DNA of 54,578 nucleotides from assembly GCA_964501965.1 (NCBI GenBank), contig CAZCVM010000002.1, positions 1 through 54,578 on the forward strand. Direction: 5' to 3'. The first letter of the stretch is position 1. Each line of letters opens with the position of its first letter. Made by a program: the position numbers and the translations under genes. Origin of the DNA: an uncultured Leptospiraceae bacterium. Its GTDB lineage: Bacteria > Spirochaetota > DYNZ01. This document shows, one piece after another, positions 20,816-31,182 of the stretch. The notes beneath the pieces were generated by a model that was given only the letters and a program-made list of their open reading frames with translations, did no database searches and had not been told where the DNA came from.

Positions 20816-21379
20816 ATGGGCGATATAGCATTATCTCAAGAAGATATTGACAACCTGCTAGGCGGAGGCGGTCTAGATGATGAAACAGATTCATCTACAG
20901 ATGCTCCTGACAGCGGATTGAATTTAGGTGGTGAAACTGATCCTGACAGTGGGGGTTCCGACAATGTTTTTGAAGGATTGGACGCCCTTTTACCATCAGG
21001 TGATGAAGAAAACGTAAATACAGAAAATTCTTCTCAAAATACGCCGTCAAGTGGTGGGTCTGCAAATGCGAACACATCCGCCTCTTTGCAGACTAGCACT
21101 CAAGGTTATGACAGTTATGGCAACCTCAGTGCATTAATGCTAGTCAATATTGACATCAACGTTGTTTTGGGCAAAAAAAAGACTATGATCAAAGATATCC
21201 TATCTTTAGGGGAAGGGTCCATCATAGAACTTGATAAATCTGCAAGTGCTCCGGTAGACATATTGGCAAATAACCGGCCACTGGCAAGAGGAGAAGTTGT
21301 CGTAGTTGACGAACAATTTGGTGTTCGAATAACAGAAAAAGTCAACCCGTCAGATCCGTTATATCAAGATAATGAATGA
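20816..21379 (+). CDS. fliN: Flagellar motor switch protein FliN (SpoA domain) with an N-terminal [10 protein letters not shown] peptide
   Basis: 187-aa ORF. The C-terminal SpoA block reads [47 protein letters not shown]. The N-terminus carries an EIDAL-type motif, followed by an acidic, S/G-rich linker. Confidence 0.85.
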   Translation: MGDIALSQEDIDNLLGGGGLDDETDSSTDAPDSGLNLGGETDPDSGGSDNVFEGLDALLPSGDEENVNTENSSQNTPSSGGSANANTSASLQTSTQGYDSYGNLSALMLVNIDINVVLGKKKTMIKDILSLGEGSIIELDKSASAPVDILANNRPLARGEVVVVDEQFGVRITEKVNPSDPLYQDNE

Positions 21380-21380
21380 T

Positions 21381-22319
21381 CTACTGATACTTGATATCAA
21401 CATCTGTTGTTTTACGGTACAAACAAAGATTGAATAACTCACATTGCCTACAATAAGAATCTTTTTCAGAAAAATCCTCTGATTCACACATATAGATTCT
21501 TTGATCTGCATCAATACTTTCCATCAATGATTGTAAAAATTTTTTTTCTGAATCTGTTCGTTGATCAGATCCTTTTTTTTGGATAATGGTTGCTTTTTGA
21601 ATGTATTCATTTCGCGAATTTTCAAAAGCTTTATCCTTAATTTTTTCGACCTTTTGATTAATATCTCGTAACAGATTAAAAGCTTCGTTTACCTTTTTAT
21701 TCGGAAATAAATAGATGCGCTTAAAAAAAACAAAATACAAAAAACCGAAAAACAATCCTCCTAAATGTCCGATATGGGATATATTACTTCCAGGCGAAGA
21801 AAACATAAGCATCAATTCCAATACTCCATACAAAACTACCAAATATTTTGCTTTTAGAGGAATTACAAAAAAAAGTAAAATCTTATGATCTGGATAAACT
21901 AAACCATAAGCTAATAACAACGCAAAAACAGCTCCGGAAGCTCCAATGGTATAACTAAAGGGAGCCTGAAAATAATTCAGTAACAAAATAGATAAACCTG
22001 CTCCAATGCCGCTAAAGAAATAATATTTCAAAAAAGTTTTATTGCCCCATGCTTCTTCCACTGGAGCACCAAACATCCACAACAAATACATGTTAAATAA
22101 TATATGAAAAAAATTCACAGGGCTATGTAGAAACATATATGTTACTATTTGCCACAACCAGTATTTTTCAACAATTTTTAATGGATTGAGAGCAAAAAAT
22201 CTTTCTATATGCAAATTAAAATAAGATAAAAAAAATAACTGAAAAACAAAGATAACAATATTTATGGTCAAAAGAATTAATACAACGCTTTGTTTGTTCG
22301 AACTTTCTCTATGGTACAT
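21381..22319 (-). CDS. Rhomboid-family intramembrane serine protease with a Cys-rich cytoplasmic tail
   Basis: 312-aa ORF with HSPVNFFHILFNM, the catalytic GASGAVFALL and HIGHLGGLFFG. The C-terminal tail holds C-x11-C-x2-C-x5-C. Confidence 0.85.
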   Translation of the reverse strand: MYHRESSNKQSVVLILLTINIVIFVFQLFFLSYFNLHIERFFALNPLKIVEKYWLWQIVTYMFLHSPVNFFHILFNMYLLWMFGAPVEEAWGNKTFLKYYFFSGIGAGLSILLLNYFQAPFSYTIGASGAVFALLLAYGLVYPDHKILLFFVIPLKAKYLVVLYGVLELMLMFSSPGSNISHIGHLGGLFFGFLYFVFFKRIYLFPNKKVNEAFNLLRDINQKVEKIKDKAFENSRNEYIQKATIIQKKGSDQRTDSEKKFLQSLMESIDADQRIYMCESEDFSEKDSYCRQCELFNLCLYRKTTDVDIKYQ

Positions 22320-22343
22320 ATTTTTTTCCTAAAGATATATTGG

Positions 22344-23456
22344 TTACAAGCTATTTAGAAAATAGCTCTCTAAAAAACTAAACCCAGCGGCTGAGGAAAT
22401 TTCTTCTCTATTTTTTTTCGAAATATATAAAGATACCTTGCCAATTTTGTTCAACCTATGTTCTATCAATTGGATTAATGACGGAATCATTCCTTTTTCT
22501 AAATTCACATCATCTGTCAAAAAAATCGAAATAGGCATTCGTTTATTTTTTGCGTCAGGAATTTCCTGTTCCCAAACAGGCTTAATTTTTTTTTCAAAAA
22601 AAGATGCGATTTTATCAGCGACTTCCATTTGATTGACAGAAACCCAATCTCCTGAAACATATAAAGTATCATTCAACATTTCAACATTTTTATCGCTTTG
22701 AATGGTATTGTTTGAAGCTTCCAAATTCGAGTCTTGTTCAGAAGTTATTCCATCGCGCACCATTTTACCATTTGCAAACTTATATTCTAAATTTATGTTG
22801 GCAGGGTTTTGAACCAACTTCTTAGCGGAAATCAAATCATTGTGTTTTATTTGTACAGACTCATTGTTCACCCGCAAAGCCATTGTAGCGATATCGCCAA
22901 TTTGGTTCAATTGACCTGTTATCACCCCTCCTTCAGGTTTAAATAAATATTCTACACGAAAATTATTTTTGGCCAATTCTGGATTATTTGCATACATATC
23001 CAAAAATTTATTTACTTTAACATTGCTCACCTTCACCAATTTGAACAATAGATGCGGCTTTTTTTGAAACAACTGAAAATGTTTTGTCATTCGTTCATCG
23101 CCTATTAAAACAATAATATTTTTACTTTGATTGTAACCTTTTCCTTGAAGTAAAATCGCATAAGCAATGATAAAAGTCCGTAAAAGCTTTCTATGGTCCG
23201 GATCAGATTCTTTGTCAAGCCCAAGATTTATCATATAATCTAAAACTAAAATTAAGGGAAGTCCAAATTTTTTTATGTGTTCTCCAAATTTGTTTCTGAT
23301 TTCTGATGTATTTTTGTTGTCTTTTATGCTATTTTTAATAGTTTCAATATCGTACAACAATGGCTCTTCTACAAATTCTAAACCCTTTTGTTTTAGAATA
23401 GACTTGAAATATTTTTGTATATTTTTAGATTCAGTGATAATAATGCTTTTGCTCAT
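22344..23456 (-). CDS. Hypothetical protein, 370 aa; possibly a degenerate receiver-like N-terminus and a STAS-like C-terminus
   Basis: Long ORF. The N-terminus has a receiver-like strand pattern (SIIITES...LILVLDYM...IIVLIGDE). The C-terminal 100 aa resembles a STAS fold pattern (LYVSGDW...ISIFLTDDVNLEKGMIPSLIQLIEH). Both domain calls are weak. Confidence 0.5.
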   Translation of the reverse strand: MSKSIIITESKNIQKYFKSILKQKGLEFVEEPLLYDIETIKNSIKDNKNTSEIRNKFGEHIKKFGLPLILVLDYMINLGLDKESDPDHRKLLRTFIIAYAILLQGKGYNQSKNIIVLIGDERMTKHFQLFQKKPHLLFKLVKVSNVKVNKFLDMYANNPELAKNNFRVEYLFKPEGGVITGQLNQIGDIATMALRVNNESVQIKHNDLISAKKLVQNPANINLEYKFANGKMVRDGITSEQDSNLEASNNTIQSDKNVEMLNDTLYVSGDWVSVNQMEVADKIASFFEKKIKPVWEQEIPDAKNKRMPISIFLTDDVNLEKGMIPSLIQLIEHRLNKIGKVSLYISKKNREEISSAAGFSFLESYFLNSL

Positions 23457-23609
23457 AAAAAACCACAGTCTTGCAATTTTATAATAGTTAGAAAGAAATC
23501 CTTATATGCCCTGGCCGTTATGCTTTTCAGGTATCCTTTCTTAAAAAAAAACTGAAATAAATATTACTGCCTGGCATTAACGAAAATACCAAAGGGTTCT
23601 TAGTATATT

Positions 23610-25664
23610 ATGTCAAAAAAAATATCTCCTCTTACGCCTGTCCAGCAAATACCTAATATTGGCCCCGTGAAAATGAAAATATTGAAGGAAATGGGAATAC
23701 AAACAGCATGGAATCTATTATTTCTTTTTCCTTCCAGGTATTTTGATAGAACAAATAGACAAACCCTAGATCAATGCAAAAATGATCAATACATTCATAG
23801 TATAGTAAGCATTGATTCAATCGAACCATACAATACCTCAAAGAAAAAAATTACACATATCCACGTTTATGATTCAAAAGGTCAGGCTCAACTTATTTTT
23901 TATCAAAACTATTCTTTTTTTAAAAATCGATTTCAACCAGGTCAAACAATTTTCATTTCGGGAAAATGTAAATTGCTTGGCAATAAAAAACATATTATTC
24001 ATCCAGATATTGATTCTGACAAAAACACCACTTTATCTCAATTTTTTTGCATTACTCCGCATTATCCGACTGCTCAAATACCAAATAAATTGATGCGAAA
24101 AATTATGCAATATATTCTTCATAATATGGAACATGTATCAGATCCTAGGCCTTCACAAATACAAATAACCTACAAATTAATGCCGTTAATAGATTGTCTG
24201 CAACAATTGCATTTGCCTGAATCACAAATAAAAATTGACAAAGCAAAAAAAAGCGTCGCTTTTTTGGAACTTTTTTTATGGCAATTGAAAATTCAAAAGC
24301 ATGTTACAACAATTCAAAATATTAACAAAATGCGCCATTACCCTTTGGCATTGAATCAATTGAGTTCCTATAAAGATAAATTGCCTTTTCAACTATCACT
24401 TAGCCAAAACAAAGCATTGCTGCAAATCATAAATGATTTGCAGCAAAAGCACCCGATGAGAAGATTGATCCATGGAGATGTAGGATCCGGTAAATCTATC
24501 ATAGCATTTTTATCATTGATTTATGCGGCATTGAACAATTACCAGACGGCATTAATAGCGCCAACAGAAATACTAGCAAAACAACATTATAACAATTTTT
24601 GTCAGTTGTTTCCAAATTTTTCAGATATTTGCTTTGTATCTTCTCATTCAAAAAAATTACAAATAATCGAAAAAATAACTATTGGCACTCATAGTGCGTT
24701 TCAACCCAATGTTTTTTATACAAATCTTGGGTTAGTTGTTATAGACGAACAACATAAATTTGGAGTAGCACAAAAAGCAAAATTGTTAAACAAGGGGAAA
24801 AATCCTGATTTATTAATGATGAGTGCCACACCAATCCCGCGAAGCTTAGCCTGGACTAGTTTTGGACACTTAAAAAAATCAAAAATTTTAGGGTCATCAA
24901 ATACGGGCAATATTAAAACTTTGATCCTGCATCACAATCAGATCGAAGGAATCATCAAATCTATAAAAAAATACCTATCACAAGGCAGGCAAGGGTATTG
25001 GGTGTTTCCAACCATCCATCAAAGCGACTCTATGCCAAACACAATCCCAGTAACGGAAGGATATGAAAACTACAGTACAAAACTTTTACCCTTTCAATCT
25101 GAAATTTTGCATGGACAAATGACACCCGAAAATAAAAGTAAAATTGTCCAAAGGTTTTCCACAAATAACATTCAACTTTTATTTACAACATCCATTATTG
25201 AAGTAGGTATTCACAATCAAAACGCAACTATCATGGTAATTCAAAACCCTGAAAGATTTGGCTTATCTCAATTGCATCAAATTCGAGGACGGATCGGCAG
25301 AGGCCCCCACCCTTCTTTTTGCATTCTATTAGTAAACAATCAAACACCAAAATCTGCGGCAAAAAGACTCCATGTTCTGACAGAAATAAATAATGGTTTT
25401 AAGATTGCAGATCAAGACTTGATATTGCGAGGACCGGGAGATTTTTTAGGAACTCGTCAGCATGGAATTCCTCGTTTTATTTTGGCAGATATAACAAACA
25501 CTGAGTCAGTAATGCAAAGCCAAAAAAGCATTTTTCAATTATTAAAAAAAGAAATGCCAAAAGAAATCGAAAAATTATTTTATCTTGGCTTTCATATAAA
25601 CTCAAATCTTTGGTTTGCACGATGGCAAAAACTTATGAATGTTTCACGTGAAACAAAAAACTGA
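23610..25664 (+). CDS. recG: ATP-dependent DNA helicase RecG
   Basis: 684-aa ORF with helicase motifs GDVGSGKS, DEQHKFG, MSATPIPRS and QLHQIRGRIGRG, plus the TRG-type GTRQHG. Confidence 0.9.
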   Translation: MSKKISPLTPVQQIPNIGPVKMKILKEMGIQTAWNLLFLFPSRYFDRTNRQTLDQCKNDQYIHSIVSIDSIEPYNTSKKKITHIHVYDSKGQAQLIFYQNYSFFKNRFQPGQTIFISGKCKLLGNKKHIIHPDIDSDKNTTLSQFFCITPHYPTAQIPNKLMRKIMQYILHNMEHVSDPRPSQIQITYKLMPLIDCLQQLHLPESQIKIDKAKKSVAFLELFLWQLKIQKHVTTIQNINKMRHYPLALNQLSSYKDKLPFQLSLSQNKALLQIINDLQQKHPMRRLIHGDVGSGKSIIAFLSLIYAALNNYQTALIAPTEILAKQHYNNFCQLFPNFSDICFVSSHSKKLQIIEKITIGTHSAFQPNVFYTNLGLVVIDEQHKFGVAQKAKLLNKGKNPDLLMMSATPIPRSLAWTSFGHLKKSKILGSSNTGNIKTLILHHNQIEGIIKSIKKYLSQGRQGYWVFPTIHQSDSMPNTIPVTEGYENYSTKLLPFQSEILHGQMTPENKSKIVQRFSTNNIQLLFTTSIIEVGIHNQNATIMVIQNPERFGLSQLHQIRGRIGRGPHPSFCILLVNNQTPKSAAKRLHVLTEINNGFKIADQDLILRGPGDFLGTRQHGIPRFILADITNTESVMQSQKSIFQLLKKEMPKEIEKLFYLGFHINSNLWFARWQKLMNVSRETKN
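25640..25655. other. parS centromere-like site (perfect palindrome TGTTTCACGTGAAACA)
   Basis: Exact 16/16 match to the widely conserved chromosomal parS consensus. It is embedded in the last recG codons (MNVSRETKN) and lies about 5 kb from the DnaA-box cluster. Confidence 0.8.
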
Positions 25665-25669
25665 AAAAC

Positions 25670-27628
<1,959 letters not shown>

Positions 27629-27886
27629 TCATGATCGACGAATTAATGTCTCTGGTTTTATTTTTGATTTTTCATAAAAACCATCTATGTATAAAACTAT
27701 TGTTTGACTATCCTTAAATAAAATCTCATCATCTTCATCAAAAATATCAGGAAAAACTCCTTCATTTTCATCTATATTGATTAATGACTTAATGTTAAAT
27801 ATTCCGATGATGTCATTTTTCGATACAATTTTATTGTATCCGATATGAATAAATTGTTTTAATAATTTTCTATGTTGTTTCATCAT
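27629..27886 (-). CDS. DUF370 / RemB-like small protein
   Basis: 85-aa ORF. FIHIGYNKIVSKNDIIGIFNIKSL resembles the N-terminus of RemA/RemB-family proteins. The position between recF and gyrB matches that of yaaB/remB in Bacillus, as I recall it. Confidence 0.55.
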   Translation of the reverse strand: MMKQHRKLLKQFIHIGYNKIVSKNDIIGIFNIKSLINIDENEGVFPDIFDEDDEILFKDSQTIVLYIDGFYEKSKIKPETLIRRS

Positions 27887-27904
27887 CTTGCTATTCTTTG
27901 CAGA

Positions 27905-28426
27905 TTATTTTAATCGTTTAGCAATTTCCAATAAAGTTCTTTTTAATGTATTGTCCTGGAGTTTATCCAACTCGGTCAATATAGAATCATTTATATTTTT
28001 TTCCAATAAATGCGAGTCTATATTTGGATTTTTTTTTATTGATTGTGATTCATCTTCAATTTTTTGCCAGTTGTGATCCACTTTATAACTTAGATTTTCT
28101 ACAGAAAAATTCACCCAATTCAATAAATTGTTAATTTTTATTAATAATTCTTCTTTTTTCCAATTTATTTCATTAGACCATGCAGAGTGATTTGTCACAA
28201 TGATTAATGTATTTTTTTTTGATTTTTCAAAGCCTATTGGCAAAGATTTATCTGCCGCATCTAATGCAACATGTTTCCAATTTTTTTTTATGTATTCTAG
28301 TATAATATCTTTATATTCAGAAATATTATTTATTTGCAAAGAAAATTCTTTTGGTGTGTGAAAAGATTGATCTGTATTCATATTTATTTCTTTTTCATAA
28401 ATTTTTATTGTTTTGCATTGTTTCAA
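27905..28426 (-). CDS. DUF721 / DciA-like protein
   Basis: 173-aa ORF whose start overlaps the recF stop by 4 nt. Size, position in the dnaA-dnaN-recF-gyrB block and the WKHV...LIIVTNHSAWSNEINWKKEELLIKIN pattern fit DUF721. Confidence 0.55.
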   Translation of the reverse strand: MKQCKTIKIYEKEINMNTDQSFHTPKEFSLQINNISEYKDIILEYIKKNWKHVALDAADKSLPIGFEKSKKNTLIIVTNHSAWSNEINWKKEELLIKINNLLNWVNFSVENLSYKVDHNWQKIEDESQSIKKNPNIDSHLLEKNINDSILTELDKLQDNTLKRTLLEIAKRLK

Positions 28427-29592
28427 GTACTTTTGTAAATAGAATTGCTTTGAACCTTATATACGCTATATGATGAACATCCAAGATTATTGGCTATTGA
28501 AGGTAAATTGTTATCCGTTGTTGCTATAAAGCTTTGTTCAGATTTACAAATTACCTGAATCATATTCACATATTTTTCTTTGTCCAATTCATTCATAATA
28601 TCATCTATTAAAATGATTGGGGATATCATTAATGTTTCCTTTAACAACTCCAATTCTGCTAGTTTAATTGCTATGGACACAATTCTTTTTTGTCCTTGAG
28701 ATAAAATATTGTTTGCCTTTTGATTGTTTATTCGAATAAGCATATCTTCTCTATGCGGACCAAATAATGTCATTCCAAGTTGTTTTTCTTTATCAAATGA
28801 CTTTATTGCCAATTCATAAAAATATTTTTTTATGGAATCATAAACAATGTCTATAGAATTTTTTTTATTTTGCATTAAATCATTAAATGTTTCTAAAAAA
28901 ATTGAATATGCAAAATCTATCTGAAAAGGAAAATTGTCCAATTGACCAAGAATTTTTTGAATTTTGGGAAATAATAAAACATATAACACATAAACACGAA
29001 AAAAAACTATTTGAATGGATTTCTCAATGTATATTTCGTTATAAGAATCAAATATTTTTGATTCTTTTTTTAGCAAGAAGTTTCTTTGTTTAAGGATCGA
29101 ATAAAAATCAATAATATGAGTCAAATAATTTCCCTGAATTTTAGTTTGTACTGAATTGACAAAAATTTGAGATAATAAATTGTCAATAAACTGGCGTCGG
29201 ACTGAAGGGCTGCCAGATATTAAAAAAATATCCTCTGGTAAAAATGTTACCGTCCGCATCAGCCCAAAAAAATCTTTTGCTTTTTGAATTTTTGTGTTGT
29301 TGTATTTGAAATATTTTTTTTTCGTTAAACTGTATACTGTACTTAATTTTTGCATATTGTTTTTAGCGTACAATGATGCTTGAATAAAAAAAAAATCTCT
29401 ATTCCAATTAATAAGAATAGAATCAGATACTTTACGAAAAGACCTAGTAGAACTTAAAAAATTAATGGCTTCTAAAATATTTGTTTTTCCGACTCCATTC
29501 TTTCCAGTTATTATTTGCAATCCTTTGTCAAAGGATATATCCAGTGATTCATAATTGCGATAATTTTTTAATGTTAAATTGTTCAAATACAT
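28423..29592 (-). CDS. recF: DNA replication and repair protein RecF
   Basis: 389-aa ORF with the Walker A ITGKNGVGKTNILEAI, the signature LSQGQKR and the Walker B ILIDDIMNELD. Confidence 0.9.
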   Translation of the reverse strand: MYLNNLTLKNYRNYESLDISFDKGLQIITGKNGVGKTNILEAINFLSSTRSFRKVSDSILINWNRDFFFIQASLYAKNNMQKLSTVYSLTKKKYFKYNNTKIQKAKDFFGLMRTVTFLPEDIFLISGSPSVRRQFIDNLLSQIFVNSVQTKIQGNYLTHIIDFYSILKQRNFLLKKESKIFDSYNEIYIEKSIQIVFFRVYVLYVLLFPKIQKILGQLDNFPFQIDFAYSIFLETFNDLMQNKKNSIDIVYDSIKKYFYELAIKSFDKEKQLGMTLFGPHREDMLIRINNQKANNILSQGQKRIVSIAIKLAELELLKETLMISPIILIDDIMNELDKEKYVNMIQVICKSEQSFIATTDNNLPSIANNLGCSSYSVYKVQSNSIYKST

Positions 29593-29633
29593 GCATTTTA
29601 TAAAAAAAATAATTCAAAAATTATCTAATTGCC

Positions 29634-30743
29634 TTAATTGATTTTCAATGGCATTATTACTGAAATATAATTATCATTGTCAATGGCTTTTACTATTGCT
29701 GGCATTTCAGAATCAGAAAATTTAAATTCTATGTTTTCTGTTTCAATCTCTTTTATAGCATCCAATAAATAATTGCTATTAAATCCCATCTCATTTGCTT
29801 CCAAAGCTTTTTCTATTGTTAAATCTTCTTGAGCTGAACCAATATCCGGTGTCTGAGCTTCAATACGCAAATTGTTTTTATTGAATGACAATTTGACTTG
29901 ATGGGCAGCATCGCTGGCCATTAAAGATACTCTTTTGAGTGCTCCGATAAATTGGCTTCTTTCAATTGATACTGAATGAATAGTTTTATTTGGTATTACT
30001 TTTTTGTAATCCGGAAATTTGCCTTGAATCAACCGACAGGATATTTCTATATTGTTTAGTTTAAAATATATTTGATTTTGTGCAATATTGAATAATATTT
30101 CATTATCTGAAATCAATAATTTGTGAAGTTCGCTGATAATCTTACTAGGTATAATAACTCCTTCTTCCAGGTTAACTTTGTATATATTTGAATTCTGGAT
30201 ATAAGCCAAGCGTTTTCCATCGGTAGCAACAAATACAAGATTTTCTTCGTTTGCTTCAAAAAAAACGCCATTAAAAACAAATCTTGAATCATCATTATTT
30301 GCGGCAGCAAAAAATGTTTTTTGCATCATTGATTTGAATAATGGCTGCGGCAAAGAAAATAATTCTATTTGAGGCATTTGCATACGATTTGGATATTCAT
30401 TACTTTCTGAACCAACAATAGTAAAATTAGTTTTATTGTCAGGTGTTGCAATTTTTACTGAATAATTTTCATTAAGCTTCACTGTGATAGGTCCAGGGTT
30501 TAATGAACGAATGATGTTAGCGAATTTTTTCGCTGGCAACATTACAGCTCCTGGTGCAATTATTTCACTCTCTGCGTAACTTTTTATGTTAATATCAGAA
30601 TCAGAAGTTGTTAAAAATATTTTGTTGCTTTTTGCTTCTAACAATACATTGGCCAAAACAGTATCGCTGTTTTTAGGATTAATAATTCCTTCTACAGATA
30701 ATAATGATTTTTGCAAAATATCTTTATCTATTTTGAATTCCAT
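29634..30743 (-). CDS. dnaN: DNA polymerase III beta sliding clamp
   Basis: 369-aa ORF with the three-domain clamp pattern (VLANVLLEA, FVATDGKRLA, IQGKFPDYKKVIP, MPLKI at the C-terminus). It sits immediately downstream of dnaA/oriC. Confidence 0.9.
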   Translation of the reverse strand: MEFKIDKDILQKSLLSVEGIINPKNSDTVLANVLLEAKSNKIFLTTSDSDINIKSYAESEIIAPGAVMLPAKKFANIIRSLNPGPITVKLNENYSVKIATPDNKTNFTIVGSESNEYPNRMQMPQIELFSLPQPLFKSMMQKTFFAAANNDDSRFVFNGVFFEANEENLVFVATDGKRLAYIQNSNIYKVNLEEGVIIPSKIISELHKLLISDNEILFNIAQNQIYFKLNNIEISCRLIQGKFPDYKKVIPNKTIHSVSIERSQFIGALKRVSLMASDAAHQVKLSFNKNNLRIEAQTPDIGSAQEDLTIEKALEANEMGFNSNYLLDAIKEIETENIEFKFSDSEMPAIVKAIDNDNYISVIMPLKIN

Positions 30744-31182
30744 GGAATAACCTCAATTGAAAAAATTTCTTTAGCACTGAAGAAATACTAAATTCTAAAA
30801 GTACACAAAAGATTTCAAGCAAAATGCATTTTATCCACAATATTTCTTTTATTCTATTAATATAATTAATGAAATAAAATAAATATATATAGTAGTTGTC
30901 ATAGTAATTGAGTGGATAAGTGGAAAGTTCATTTTGTTTGATCAATAGTATAATGAAAATATAGAAATAAATAATGATGGAGTGTTAATAACTTTGGGAT
31001 TAATTGTGGGTGTGGTGTTAATACTGAATCCAAAATGTGAATAAGAAAAAATAAGAGATTTTATCCAGATGAATCCATAATTTATTCACAGTTTATTCAC
31101 ATTTTATGTTATAAGATTTGAGCTAAATATGGAGTTTTTTTATTAATTGGTTTTAGTTTTAAATTGAAAAATTAAAAATGAT
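30744..31182. other. Chromosomal replication origin (oriC): DnaA-box cluster plus AT-rich unwinding tracts in the dnaA-dnaN spacer
   Basis: DnaA boxes read directly: TTATCCACA at 30831-30839 (9/9). Five 8/9 boxes follow: agtggataa at 30911-30919 (minus strand TTATCCACT), tgtgaataa at 31035-31043 (minus strand TTATTCACA), ttatccaga at 31059-31067, and ttattcaca at 31082-31090 and 31093-31101. Nearly pure A/T runs lie at 30841-30900 and 31130-31180. Confidence 0.8.
30831..30839 (+). promoter_or_regulatory. Perfect consensus DnaA box TTATCCACA
   Basis: Exact 9-mer match, located inside the oriC spacer. Confidence 0.8.

Noticed and set aside
23505-23528. Reading of the shared GCCGTTAT-containing element as a sigma-54 (TGGCAC-N5-TTGC) or sigma-28 (TAAA-N15-GCCGATAA) promoter.
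   Set aside because: In CTGGCCGTTATGC the GG-to-GC spacing is three bases too short for sigma-54, and the second copy lacks the GG. For sigma-28 the -10 matches only 6/8 and no properly spaced TAAA exists in the second copy.
30724-30945. 73-aa minus-strand ORF covering the start of the dnaA-dnaN spacer.
   Set aside because: It overlaps the dnaN start, the perfect DnaA box and the A/T-rich tract. Its translation (NYYDNYYIYLFYFINYINRIK...) simply reflects AT-rich DNA. The region is better explained as oriC.
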